A stretch of DNA of 64,000 nucleotides from an uncultured Gammaproteobacteria bacterium (GTDB taxonomy: Bacteria > Patescibacteriota > Patescibacteriia > SBBC01 > CAIJZX01). The position numbers and the translations under genes were made by a program. Shown here piece by piece: positions 9,540 through 18,113 of this stretch. The notes under the pieces were generated by a model. It was not told the DNA's origin. It made no database searches and saw only the letters and a list, made by a program, of their open reading frames with translations. The stretch's first letter is position 1. The number at the start of each line of letters is the position of its first letter. The DNA lies in assembly GCA_964349465.1 (NCBI GenBank), contig CAYGGC010000006.1, positions 1,218-65,217 of the forward strand, read 5' to 3'.

Positions 9540-10021
9540 AGAAAACCGCAATCTCATGATTGCGGTTGCGGTTTTGGTAGCTATTTAAAAAAGGCTACCA
9601 CCGCATCCCACAATGTGAGATGAAATGGTAGCCCCTCAACTTTCCCTCTACCCAGCGGAGCACTTGAGCCCCGACTAATTGTCAATAATGGAATTATAGT
9701 CGATCTGTCTTTAATGTCAATGAGTTTATACACACTTTCGCTTTCTTTCTGTAAAGCGAAATCCAAACTTTAAAAATGTGTTAAAACCTGATATCCTGTA
9801 GCAACAACTTAATAGATCAGATTTGCCTAAACTCTATGGAATTTTCGTAGGGCATGGCAAAAAAATCCACAAGTAGAAACGGTCTTTTTGACCGGGTACT
9901 ACTTGTGGTCTATCTCCGAAAGGGGGTAGGGCGATCGAAAGGTCGCCGCCCGGATTAAGAGACCGTTTTAAGTTGGTCTTCTGCCGGTAAAGAAAAGACT
10001 AAATTCCTAACAGAAGATATT

Positions 10022-10234
10022 ATGGAAAAAGAACCATACAAGCCCACTGTTCTTCCAGCGAAAGAAGATCCGGCGAATCCCGATAACTGGGAATACGATG
10101 CTAATATGCAAGGTTTTCCCGGGCAGGTTTATTCTCGCAAGCTGACAGAAAAACAGAAGGGCTGGATAGTTATTGCAAAGATTACTTTTTGGGGAGTTTT
10201 GGCGTGGACTATCATTAAGTATCTAATTCTATGA
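10022..10234 (+). CDS. small membrane protein
   Basis: 70 aa with a C-terminal transmembrane helix; island cargo. Confidence 0.4.
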   Translation: MEKEPYKPTVLPAKEDPANPDNWEYDANMQGFPGQVYSRKLTEKQKGWIVIAKITFWGVLAWTIIKYLIL

Positions 10235-10440
10235 AAAAACATCTTTACTATTTAGTTGGAATTACAGTCCTAATTTTTGCGATTGGCTATTTGTTTTCAC
10301 AATATATAGCCTACAAGCAGTTTCGCCTATCACAAGAGAAAGCGATACAGGATTGTGTAGAAAAGACTATTGGAACAAATACCGCTGGCTTCATTGCTTC
10401 GAATGCAAAACAAAAGTGTGTGGAAAAGTTTTCCCAATAG
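10231..10440 (+). CDS. small membrane protein
   Basis: 69 aa with an N-terminal transmembrane helix. Its start overlaps the upstream stop (ATGA). Confidence 0.4.
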   Translation: MKKHLYYLVGITVLIFAIGYLFSQYIAYKQFRLSQEKAIQDCVEKTIGTNTAGFIASNAKQKCVEKFSQ

Positions 10441-10586
10441 TTTTTATTGGCTGGAAGGGGTTGCCCCAACGGGCATCCCTGTTAGCGACAAAAAAGTATC
10501 CACAGATACCCTCTTTGTTCGTTTTTGTGGTAAAATAGATTTAGATAAAAATAGGCCAATTTAAATATAAAACTGGGCGATTTATT

Positions 10587-11186
10587 ATGACTACCAACGA
10601 TAGAATCATACGTAGCGCCCTAAAGAAGAAACTACAAGAAACGCACAAAGACGATCCTAAGCTAAGGATCGTTGAGGAGTTGGGCGTTAAACATGGGGCT
10701 GCCAGAGTTGATATTGCTGTTATCAATGGAGTTCTGCATGGTTATGAAATAAAAAGTGATCGGGACACCTTGCTTCGTTTACCTGAACAGATGGCTGCAT
10801 ATAATTCTGTTTTTGATCAAATAACTTTAGTCGTTGGGAAAAGTCATTTGCATGAAGCAATAAATGTTGTTCCGGATTGGTGGGGGATTACGATTGCAAA
10901 GATTGATTCAGCTAACGTCGTTGTTTTTAGCTGTATACGTGAAGCGAAAAAAAACCTTAAGCAAGACACTATTTCCATAGCAAGGCTTTTATGGAAAGAT
11001 GAGGCGCTAGAAATTTTAGAAGAAGCTGGTCAAGCGGATGGAATTCGCTCAAAAACAAGGGGCTTCATATATGAAAGGTTGTCTGAAGCATTCGATCAGA
11101 AGATTCTCCAAGAAAAGGTTAGAAACGTATTATTTTTTAGGGAAGGTTGGAGATCTGATTCGCCACTAGTACTAAATGGTGGTTAA
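10587..11186 (+). CDS. sce7726-family-like protein (PD-(D/E)xK-like motif)
   Basis: The block ELGVKHGAARVDIAVINGVLHGYEIKSDRDTLLRLPEQ matches my recollection of the sce7726 family, which pairs with sce7725/Beta proteins. It has the D..E.K spacing of restriction-like nucleases. Confidence 0.45.
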   Translation: MTTNDRIIRSALKKKLQETHKDDPKLRIVEELGVKHGAARVDIAVINGVLHGYEIKSDRDTLLRLPEQMAAYNSVFDQITLVVGKSHLHEAINVVPDWWGITIAKIDSANVVVFSCIREAKKNLKQDTISIARLLWKDEALEILEEAGQADGIRSKTRGFIYERLSEAFDQKILQEKVRNVLFFREGWRSDSPLVLNGG

Positions 11187-12264
11187 CACCGGCGCGTAAC
11201 CAAGTTCGCGGGCTACCCGTGTTTGGCGTATCAACGTCTTCACCTTTTTCTGCTATGTACGCATCGCCGTAGCTAAAGCCTTTGCCCTTGTACTCTGGCT
11301 GACTCATAAGTAGTTGCGCATGAGAAGGATATTGAGAGTGCCCGGGGCCTTCATTCCCATCCTTGTCTATTTTATGCAGAGCCTCGCCTCGCATGATTAC
11401 CCACTCGCTTTCACCAGAATATCTTATACTAGCGCTCGGATTTGCTTCTGGATTTGGCTCAGTATAGATTGGGTGCTGGATTGTGTAATCAGCAAATGCG
11501 GGTTTTCTTTTTTGTGTTCCCGAATAAATCTCTTTCAACCAGTAAGCCCAATCAGAGCGAGGAATCCTATAAGTGGCGTGTGGGCTAAAGCGAGAAAGGT
11601 CGAAAGGAAATGCCCCCCCAGCGACCGTAAACGTTCTCCATCGTATAAGGTCGGGGATATTATTAATAGATTTAACGATTTTGGAATATTCTTCTTGAGG
11701 CATACCCTCCACGAGTTCAAAGTCGACTAAGAGGTCGACTTGTTCGTGTTTGAGATCATTTCTTTTTATAAACTCATTAATACTTGTAGCAAGCTTATTA
11801 GAAGAGAGATCAGCACGTAGTATTCTCAAGCATACACCACTTTCGTATTGCTTTATTATTTTTATGATCGTGCCTTCAACATCTATATCGCTATTTATCC
11901 GAATAACGGGAATAACTCGAGAGCCGATAGCAGGTCCTTTACTCATGATTTCTGTGTAGCCCCACTTTTGCAGCGCCCCGCTTGTCAGAAGATTAAGGTC
12001 AATGAATATTGGACTATTGCCCCAATACTTCAGTATTTCTTTTGGCAGGTTGGGTAATGTCCCCTTTAACTTCTCAATAGATTGAGTCTTATACTCTTCA
12101 GGAGTTTTTTTGGCCTCCCCCCTTTTTAATCTTTTACGGGCGGGCATTATTAACTCTAGTAAAGGCGTGATTATTAGCCTGTCTTTTTCAGTAAGCTCTT
12201 TTAAGGCCTCTTTTTCAGCGGTTTTCCACCGCAATATTGGTACGTAGTGTTTTGCGTCAAACAT
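11137..12264 (-). CDS. Beta-protein family (sce7725-like) protein
   Basis: The N-terminus HYVPILRWKTAEKEALKEL...ITPLLEL matches my recollection of the Beta_protein/sce7725 family. The ATG overlaps the stop of the upstream HTH-ImmA gene. Confidence 0.5.
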   Translation of the reverse strand: MFDAKHYVPILRWKTAEKEALKELTEKDRLIITPLLELIMPARKRLKRGEAKKTPEEYKTQSIEKLKGTLPNLPKEILKYWGNSPIFIDLNLLTSGALQKWGYTEIMSKGPAIGSRVIPVIRINSDIDVEGTIIKIIKQYESGVCLRILRADLSSNKLATSINEFIKRNDLKHEQVDLLVDFELVEGMPQEEYSKIVKSINNIPDLIRWRTFTVAGGAFPFDLSRFSPHATYRIPRSDWAYWLKEIYSGTQKRKPAFADYTIQHPIYTEPNPEANPSASIRYSGESEWVIMRGEALHKIDKDGNEGPGHSQYPSHAQLLMSQPEYKGKGFSYGDAYIAEKGEDVDTPNTGSPRTWLRAGVNHHLVLVANQISNLP

Positions 12265-12265
12265 A

Positions 12266-13495
12266 TTATTTAGTAGGCCATTTAATATCTTGGAAATAAT
12301 CTCTAACTTTTGCCGCATTTGTAATCGCATTTAAGTTTGGAGATTGATAGCGCTTATGTTTATGCATCATTATTCCAGTAACAATAGCCACGTTAATCCC
12401 AAGCTCATCGGCTAAACTTTGTGCCGCAACTGGTGAGGGTACTCTTTTTGCAGGACTTTTTTCCCATTTGTCATTAGGTAGCAGAGCTTCTCCTGCTAGC
12501 ATGTCTGCCTCGGTTTCCTTCGTATCAATCTCCGCGCCCCCTACCCCTTCAATCTCATCGTAGAATAGGTTGATATTTTTATCGAAGTGCAAGGCAATGT
12601 GAGCCAGTTCATGCATTAAAGTAAACCAAAAGTTATCTAGTCGATCATATCTAACTGTTAGACCAATGACAGGGTTATCTTTATTTATTAAGATTGTTGC
12701 CCCATCTAAATAGGTTTTAGTTAAATGAGGCGCAATAACAAGTTTAATCCCAAACTTTGTTAAGTATTGTTGAGCCACAATAGGGCTTTTTTCTTTCGTA
12801 CTTAACTTTGCCATTTCTCTCATAAAAGCTAGATTTACAGCTCCATTCTTGTATTTAACTGGAACCTTCACCTCCTCAGATTTTTTTAAGATATATTCAG
12901 ACCATGCCGCAAGCGCGCGTTTGTCAGTTAAAAGAGAAGATCGATAATGAGATTGTCGTGGCATTCCGGCAAGTTGGAACTCAGGGCCGATAACTGAAAA
13001 GAAGTTTCTTAGTAGTTTTTCTTTATTTGAGACATCTAATCTACCTCGCCCAAAGTAACCACGTTCTGACATTTCTCTAATTACGCGAGTATCCCAGCCA
13101 CTATAAAGCGCGTTTTCGCTTTGGTCAGGTTTTTTGAGAAGAACTTTCGCCGGAATACCTAAGCCGGCCTCCAATAATCTAATCATGTCGAGTGTAAGCG
13201 TTCTTTTTCCAGAAAGAATTTCTGATACTCTACTTCTGCTACCTAGATAGGGGATTAGATCGGCAGGTGTCAAATCCGCTTGCTCCATTCGGAATTTAAT
13301 GGCTTCGACAGGATCGGGGAGTGTTGCAGAAAAAGCTTTAGCTTCGTAGTCAGCTACAAGAGTACTTAGAATACTAAGTTGTTCTCCTTCTTGTGATTCA
13401 GGATCAGGATCACCAGCCATAAGCGCCTCAATAAATTCGAGCGCTTCTTGGTAGTCTCTTTCAGTTCTTATTACTTTAATGTCAGGCATGGTCAT
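12266..13495 (-). CDS. HigA-type HTH antitoxin fused to an ImmA/IrrE-family zinc metallopeptidase
   Basis: The N-terminal ~120 aa look like HigA (IKFRMEQADLTPADL...SRVSEILSGKRTLTLDMIRLLEAGLGIP). The C-terminus has the HEXXH motif HELAHIALH. Confidence 0.75.
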   Translation of the reverse strand: MTMPDIKVIRTERDYQEALEFIEALMAGDPDPESQEGEQLSILSTLVADYEAKAFSATLPDPVEAIKFRMEQADLTPADLIPYLGSRSRVSEILSGKRTLTLDMIRLLEAGLGIPAKVLLKKPDQSENALYSGWDTRVIREMSERGYFGRGRLDVSNKEKLLRNFFSVIGPEFQLAGMPRQSHYRSSLLTDKRALAAWSEYILKKSEEVKVPVKYKNGAVNLAFMREMAKLSTKEKSPIVAQQYLTKFGIKLVIAPHLTKTYLDGATILINKDNPVIGLTVRYDRLDNFWFTLMHELAHIALHFDKNINLFYDEIEGVGGAEIDTKETEADMLAGEALLPNDKWEKSPAKRVPSPVAAQSLADELGINVAIVTGIMMHKHKRYQSPNLNAITNAAKVRDYFQDIKWPTK

Positions 13496-13500
13496 ATTGG

Positions 13501-13788
13501 CTATTTAATTTGCCACTTGTCGTATTCTTTATGGGTACCAACTTTTTTGATAAGCACCACCCCAGTCTTATAAGCGATTCTCACCCATATCCGATACTTG
13601 TTCCAGCAAATGTCGAAGATTGCTTGTAGGTTGCCCGGTAGGCTAACCCGGGGGTATTTATTTCGGACATCTTGAGGTGTTTTCCATTCAGCAGCCTCGA
13701 CTTCTGCCTCCCAAGATTCGAGCTGCGATCTGGCATCAGCATGCTCTTCCCCAAAATCGCGCAGTTGTTGTTTTCCTAGTAAGTTCAT
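13501..13788 (-). CDS. higB: type II toxin HigB (RelE/ParE fold)
   Basis: LRDFGEEHADARSQLESWEAEVEAAEWKTPQDVRNKYP...ICWNKYRIWVRI...VGTHKEYDK matches the HigB toxin family. The gene is trimmed to the internal Met (MNLLGKQQL). Confidence 0.75.
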   Translation of the reverse strand: MNLLGKQQLRDFGEEHADARSQLESWEAEVEAAEWKTPQDVRNKYPRVSLPGNLQAIFDICWNKYRIWVRIAYKTGVVLIKKVGTHKEYDKWQIK

Positions 13789-14253
13789 GATACGTAGTAG
13801 TGGAGTAGTGTACATTAAGACCGTTCCCATGGTGGGAACGATACCAAATGTACAAAGTATTGTCAATAGCCCCGTAATTGGGGGTGTGTGGGCATAGTCG
13901 GGGAACCTTTTTACGAGTATATACCCTCTAAAAAGAATCCCATTTTTTGGACTGGGGGTCATTCTACAGGCACTGATCGTACGATTCTGCCCTGTAGGCT
14001 ACGGCTCACGATGGCGCGCTCATAGCGAGGCGCAGGGAGCCTTATGGTAAAGGCGAAGGGTATCAGTTTTGCCGATGTATCGGCATGGTCATGTCGTGCT
14101 GTACTCGAACCATGCCGATTTTGAATGACATAGAGGCCCCGATGGTAGCATGGGGTTGACGAAGACTCAAGAGAGGAGTATCGATAGAGAGGACGGACCC
14201 CCCGGCTCGTCTTCGTCCCTTTCGTTCGCGTCCCTATTTCCAAGGAGCTGGAA

Positions 14254-14523
14254 ATGGACAACGATGATCTGCTCATTTTGAGCCATGCTGTGGAGGCAAC
14301 CAAGCCACTCGGTACTCGCGTTTCGCGGCTAACCACCTTGCGCCGTTCCTACGTCTTGCTCCGCCTCGCGTTTCGCGCGGCTCGTCGTCGGAAGCTCGAT
14401 GCCTGCCGAAGATTCCTCGACCGGGCGCTTCCCGGGTTCTGCCAGAGCAACGACCTCGTGTCGTGCACTAGCGAACTTCTCGGGGTGTACAACCACCTCG
14501 GCCACCAGCTTCACGCAGCCTAA
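14254..14523 (+). CDS. hypothetical protein
   Basis: An AAGGAG Shine-Dalgarno sequence lies 7 nt upstream; the composition matches the host. Confidence 0.4.
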   Translation: MDNDDLLILSHAVEATKPLGTRVSRLTTLRRSYVLLRLAFRAARRRKLDACRRFLDRALPGFCQSNDLVSCTSELLGVYNHLGHQLHAA

Positions 14524-14635
14524 CCCCGATAGGCTGTTTTTCTTTTGATCGGTAATGATATTGACAACGCACGATGCCAAACGTAGTATGCGGCCATCGA
14601 TCTTTATATTACCCTTCCAACCGCGGAGGTACGGT

Positions 14636-15202
14636 ATGCAGTGGTTTGTCGTACTGACCGCGTTGATGGGCGGTCTCATGGTAACCCCAGTTTTGGCTGA
14701 GGAGCATGAGGACGTAGAGCTTGTCCCTACGACTATCGGTATTACCGTGACGGACCGTGCTGGCCAGCCCTTGACCACACGGGATAGTGTGGTCGTGGTT
14801 ATCTGGGACCAGTTTGGCAAACGTCCCTGGTTGCCGGAACATTGGACCGAGCTTGTGCTGAAATCAGGTCCAGTTGGTGCTCTGGTGCCAACCCGAATCC
14901 CGTTGAATAAAGCTGGGCTGCGCTACTTGTGGTGGTATGCCAAAGTCTTCCATCGGCCGACGATTAAACTCGGTTTCACGGTCCGAGATGGACAGGGTCA
15001 GCTGATTCAACCACCTGTCGGCATTCGGATTGTGATTTGGCAGCTGGGCCCGGATCCATGGCCGCACGACCTCTGGGTTACGGTCGCTGGTGACCTTGAT
15101 CGAGTAGGGCACATCGTTGTACCGGTCAATTTCCCGCTAAATGGAGCAGTGGTGAAAAACTTGACCACCCTCTCGAAGAGCCGTGAACAGCGCCAGCCGT
15201 GA
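14636..15202 (+). CDS. secreted hypothetical protein
   Basis: Signal peptide MQWFVVLTALMGGLMVTPVLA, with GGAGG upstream. Confidence 0.5.
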   Translation: MQWFVVLTALMGGLMVTPVLAEEHEDVELVPTTIGITVTDRAGQPLTTRDSVVVVIWDQFGKRPWLPEHWTELVLKSGPVGALVPTRIPLNKAGLRYLWWYAKVFHRPTIKLGFTVRDGQGQLIQPPVGIRIVIWQLGPDPWPHDLWVTVAGDLDRVGHIVVPVNFPLNGAVVKNLTTLSKSREQRQP

Positions 15203-15225
15203 CCATATATAGGATACTTGGCATA

Positions 15226-15251
15226 GACCGTTCTGGACGAACGGTTTTTTC
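15226..15251 (+). terminator. rho-independent terminator
   Basis: A CCGTTC-TGGAC-GAACGG hairpin followed by TTTTTT. Confidence 0.65.
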
Positions 15252-15303
15252 TGTCCTTAGTGCCTAGACGACAAAGCATCAAAAAAATACTATACTAGAC
15301 TCT

Positions 15304-17733
15304 ATGATACCAACAATGAAACGTTCCATAGTTGTACTGGGAGTAGCCGGACTCTGTCTTTGTGTCCGTGGTTCAACTTTGCGAGCACAAACCCCACCGA
15401 CGCTGTCCATCCCACTGACGGTATCTGATGTGACCGGCTACGTTCGTTCGAATGATCCGGTCACGAGCGGGATCCCAATTCCGCTATCAGCGGTTGGCGA
15501 CTCGTGGTCCTTATTCGATGGGGCGACCGAGGTGCCACTGCAAACACAGGTCTTATCAGGCCAGGCAGTTCCTTGGCTTATGCTTGATTTCCCTGCGTCC
15601 GTTAGCGCGATGGGAACAACAACCTATACGTTGCAGAATACTGCTCCGACCGCGCCGGCAGACAGCCTGAGCTACGTTCATACCAGCTCGAGTGAAACAG
15701 TAACGACGGGTCCATTGAAGTTTACCGTGGGCACAAGTCCGTTTCTTGGTATTCAGGATCTCTGGTTCGACGCAAATGCGAATGATGTCTTTGAGGTAGG
15801 GGAACATCGGATTAGTAGCGGAAGCGTTAATGCCTTACGCGTAACGAACGCAGAGACGGGCGTGACAACCGCCGCCACGCCAACGTCGGTCAGTTGGGAG
15901 TCACAAGGAACCCAACGAGCTACCCTGCGGATTGATGGAACCTTCACGGAGGCCAGTTCCACCTTGTTGACATTTACTCTGCGTATGACCGCCTGGGCGG
16001 GACGCAGTGATCTGGGAATCGAACTTGTTTTGCGGAACTCAAACTCATCGGCGCAGAAATTCGTAAAACTCTCTTCGGCGATATTTCAAATTGGCAGCTC
16101 CGCGACAACTCTGCGACCAAACCGGTCGAGCGATCGAGTGTGGGGACTAGCCGATGCTACTGGTCAGACCATTCAATGGTTGCCGGTGAGTGAACTTGTT
16201 TCAACCGCGTATGATCCGGTTGGTGATCCGCGAATCGAGCGCCAGACAGCGCTGTTTACGGTTGATACGAATGGCGGCTTGGTCCTCGGTGACCTGTCTC
16301 ACCAAAGCGGGTCTGCGACCATTGATTTTAATTCTGGGCTTTCTCCGCTCGAGCAAGCCTCGGCCCAATATCGAGCTATGACGCCGTTATTCGCCCGCGC
16401 TGATGCGAGCTGGTATTCGGCCCAGAACGCGCTTGGTGTGCCGGGGTTTGGGACGTTAGCAGACGAGCAATCGGCCTATACGGCGTGGAATTGGACCTGG
16501 CCGAATCCTAATAACGGGTATGCCGCGGTTCCGCATCTCAATCGGCCAACAAATTTTTACCCATCCTGGAGTAATACGAACGGTGCCGAAGACCCGGAAG
16601 GGGATTTTGTCGCACAGAACAACCTGATGTTTATTCGATTAGGCGATCAGGCCTATAAAGATCGGATGGATGCGTATGTATGGTATGCGAAAAATCAGTG
16701 GATTTATCGGACGGACGGGTTTACTGCTTATGGCAATGACTATTGGGATGGCCCGCACGCGGTTAACCGGGGTACCGACACTATTGCTGGAGCAACAAGT
16801 ACCGATCAAAATCGGATAACCAAAGATATCGCGTATGGGCGGGTTGATTATTCACACGCCTGGGCGAGTGGTCTCGTGGATTACTATTATCTTACTGGTG
16901 ATCGGGATGCTCTGGACACGGCGATTGATGTGGCCGAAGAGTGTCGGAACCAGAGCGATTGGTTCAGCGCTGGCACACCGTCTGGTGCAGTTAGCGATAG
17001 TCCGCGTGCCAAGGCACGCTGCTGGCAAAGCACCTTACGGGTGTGGGAAGCGACTGGTGATGCGCAGTGGCTAACCTCGGCAAACCACTATCGGGATTTA
17101 TTTCTCCAATCAACATCGTATTCGGCAGAACGAATGTATTTTGGGTACACCTGTGATCTCGGTGCAGCCTATTGCGCTCGGTATCCAAACGGTACTTTTA
17201 ACTCACCCTTCCAAATTGGTGACACGGTTCACGTCATGTACCACGACTATGTTCTTTTCAATAACCAGGCGGTGAAAGATCGTCTCATTGAAATTGCTAA
17301 CTTTGCCATGCAACATGGACTGGATCCGGCAACTGGGGCGACCGGGGATTATATCGTTTTTGTTGGGTCAAATGTTTATCATCATACGTATTCTCAATTT
17401 CGCGGGACAACGCCGACCTACACCGTGAACTATTCCTCGAGCTCATTGGCATTTATTGACACGTTAGCCATTGGCTATCGCTTGAACGGAAACTTGGCCT
17501 ATTTGGGCCGAGCAAAAAGCTTGTTATCGGCCGCGACGAAGCGCCTTGGCATTCAGCCGTATACCGAAACCATTGCTGATGCCAATCATGTTGGTCAGTT
17601 TATAGGTAATATGAACGGCAACGCGAATACACGGTATAATGATGATCTTACCTATACGGCTCTGTTCCTACGGGATGCATATTTGGCCGATAGTATAGTG
17701 CCTGGACGCGTGACGAATTTGAGCGCGCAATAA
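15304..17733 (+). CDS. large secreted protein, possible alpha/alpha-toroid polysaccharide lyase/hydrolase-like
   Basis: It has a signal peptide, and the Trp/Tyr-rich C-terminal half resembles heparinase/alginate-lyase-like toroid domains. The functional call is weak. Confidence 0.5.
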   Translation: MIPTMKRSIVVLGVAGLCLCVRGSTLRAQTPPTLSIPLTVSDVTGYVRSNDPVTSGIPIPLSAVGDSWSLFDGATEVPLQTQVLSGQAVPWLMLDFPASVSAMGTTTYTLQNTAPTAPADSLSYVHTSSSETVTTGPLKFTVGTSPFLGIQDLWFDANANDVFEVGEHRISSGSVNALRVTNAETGVTTAATPTSVSWESQGTQRATLRIDGTFTEASSTLLTFTLRMTAWAGRSDLGIELVLRNSNSSAQKFVKLSSAIFQIGSSATTLRPNRSSDRVWGLADATGQTIQWLPVSELVSTAYDPVGDPRIERQTALFTVDTNGGLVLGDLSHQSGSATIDFNSGLSPLEQASAQYRAMTPLFARADASWYSAQNALGVPGFGTLADEQSAYTAWNWTWPNPNNGYAAVPHLNRPTNFYPSWSNTNGAEDPEGDFVAQNNLMFIRLGDQAYKDRMDAYVWYAKNQWIYRTDGFTAYGNDYWDGPHAVNRGTDTIAGATSTDQNRITKDIAYGRVDYSHAWASGLVDYYYLTGDRDALDTAIDVAEECRNQSDWFSAGTPSGAVSDSPRAKARCWQSTLRVWEATGDAQWLTSANHYRDLFLQSTSYSAERMYFGYTCDLGAAYCARYPNGTFNSPFQIGDTVHVMYHDYVLFNNQAVKDRLIEIANFAMQHGLDPATGATGDYIVFVGSNVYHHTYSQFRGTTPTYTVNYSSSSLAFIDTLAIGYRLNGNLAYLGRAKSLLSAATKRLGIQPYTETIADANHVGQFIGNMNGNANTRYNDDLTYTALFLRDAYLADSIVPGRVTNLSAQ

Positions 17734-17756
17734 AAAACCGACCAACAATCAGTCGG
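17731..17756 (-). terminator. putative terminator for the DUF360 operon
   Basis: A CCGAC/GTCGG hairpin with an A7 run on the plus strand, which reads as a T run on the minus strand. Confidence 0.4.
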
Positions 17757-17771
17757 TCGTGACGCTGTTAA

Positions 17772-18113
17772 TTATTTTTTGTTGCCAAAAACCTGGGAGG
17801 CGGACCAGCTGATCAAAGTCAGGACAATTGAACCAAGAACCGCGGCGAGAAAGCTATCTATAGTAAATGTTCGAAACATCCGGTCGACGAGTAACAACAT
17901 TCCCGCGTTAATGATCAATAACCACAAACCGAGCGATAGAATGGTTATTGGAAGGGTAATAATAATGAGTAGCGGACGAGCCGTGGCATTCAGTAATCCC
18001 AATACCAATGCTACAAATAACGCCGTTCCAAAAGTACCCACATGAAAACCAGGGACGATGTAGGAAACCAGCATGACACTGATTGCTGAAGTGAGCCAGT
18101 TGAGGAGGATCAT
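17772..18113 (-). CDS. DUF360/phage-holin-4-like membrane protein
   Basis: Four transmembrane helices in the PGFxVxGF pattern. Confidence 0.55.
   Translation of the reverse strand: MILLNWLTSAISVMLVSYIVPGFHVGTFGTALFVALVLGLLNATARPLLIIITLPITILSLGLWLLIINAGMLLLVDRMFRTFTIDSFLAAVLGSIVLTLISWSASQVFGNKK

Larger units (their letters stand above)
5207..13990. mobile_element. integrative element (satellite/P4-like or small genomic island) carrying int, xis-like, primase-helicase and a defence cargo
   Basis: GC content drops sharply at 5207 and rises again near 14000. The interval contains a serine recombinase, an excisionase-like HTH, a D5/P4 primase-helicase and a toxin-antitoxin/defence module. The exact ends were not resolved. 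Confidence 0.55.

Noticed and set aside
9581-9766. 61-aa ORF inside the hairpin-rich intergenic region.
   Set aside because: It overlaps the long inverted repeats, has no RBS, and the region is better explained as regulatory or origin DNA.
13789-13962. N-terminal 58 codons of the 153-aa ORF upstream of higB.
   Set aside because: HigB toxins are ~95 aa, and homology begins at MNLLGKQQLRDF. The extension is hydrophobic and low-complexity, so the gene was trimmed.
5201-14140. Shared 8-mer TGACATAG at both ends of the island (5201-5208 and 14124-14131), considered as possible att core repeats.
   Set aside because: It is too short to distinguish from chance, and large serine integrases do not generate long direct repeats. 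It is not used to define the boundaries.
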